From: Octopus sinensis
Lineage: Eukaryota
Direction: 5' to 3'
DNA length: 6,435 nucleotides
Assembly: GCF_006345805.1 (NCBI RefSeq)
Contig: NW_021829352.1
Location: 1 to 6,435 of the forward strand
In this document: positions 5,936-6,435 of the stretch, piece after piece
How the letters are laid out: each line of letters starts with the position of its first letter
Position numbering within the stretch: position 1 is the first letter of the stretch
Made by a program: the position numbers and the translations under genes
The notes under the pieces: model-generated
What the model was told of the DNA's origin: nothing
The model's database searches: none
Seen by the model: only the letters and a program-made list of their open reading frames with translations

Positions 5936-6435
5936 TACAACTTTGAAAATTGACACCCAAGAAATCCGACGGGGATATCTTAATTTGTCTAATTAAAGTA
6001 TTTACTGACTGCGAGTGCTCTACAAGTATTTGGAGTTTAGTTGGAGCTATGACCGATGCTTAAGTGAATAATTAATAGCATATAATGACCGCTAATATAC
6101 AAATTGTGTGTATATTCATTTTACAGTAGCATTTGTTTCTTCGAACTCTGTAGGAAAGAGGCAGGTTACAGTAAAGTCTTTTTATAATTAGCAGTCGGTC
6201 AAACGGAGGGGAATATAAAGTGACCGTAGAATGCTAGAGAAATAGAACGGCTAGAATCTTCCGCATGTAGATAAATTGCTGACTTGTTTTACGAGGTTAG
6301 TTATATGACATTCAATTAAGTCTATTAAGAAAGCTATTACGGTAGAAATACTTGAAATTTCCAAAGAAGGGTCTGTGGGGTATGACCAAACACGTATGTG
6401 TTCATCAATGCAAAAATAATTGTTCCAACACCTGA

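Noticed and set aside
6108-6130. Splice-acceptor-like TATTCATTTTACAG
   Set aside because: No convincing downstream exon frame or donor; such words are frequent in AT-rich DNA.

Overview
AT-rich eukaryotic genomic DNA made almost entirely of microsatellites and retroelement remnants. I found no host gene exon, structural RNA gene, CRISPR array or prokaryotic feature. The repeats resemble those I recall from octopus/cephalopod genomes (recollection, not a database result). Contents: (1) a 5'-truncated restriction-like-endonuclease (RLE) non-LTR retrotransposon of R4/Dong type at 92-548 (+), with an intact C-terminal frame and 3' UTR, between two (AAT)n tracts; (2) a second, distantly related and decayed R4/Dong-type element at 2663-3921 (-), covering the RT C-terminus, CCHC knuckle and PD-(D/E)xK endonuclease, also flanked by AAT-type repeats on its sense strand; (3) three head-to-tail copies of a tRNA-derived SINE at 4094-4761 (-); (4) a head-truncated CORE-type SINE at 2356-2490 (-) and a probable SINE 3' fragment at 2191-2294 (-); (5) many simple and compound microsatellites. 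The most interesting signal is organisational. The LINEs and two SINE tails read (AAT)n on their own sense strand, elements form strand-coherent chains, both LINE 5' junctions carry reiterated copies of their first bases, and the SINEs share a central domain but have different 3' modules. TAA-repeat targeting is already known for Dong, so any novelty would be lineage-specific or mechanistic. All other ORF-track ORFs look like repeat artefacts or antisense shadows.
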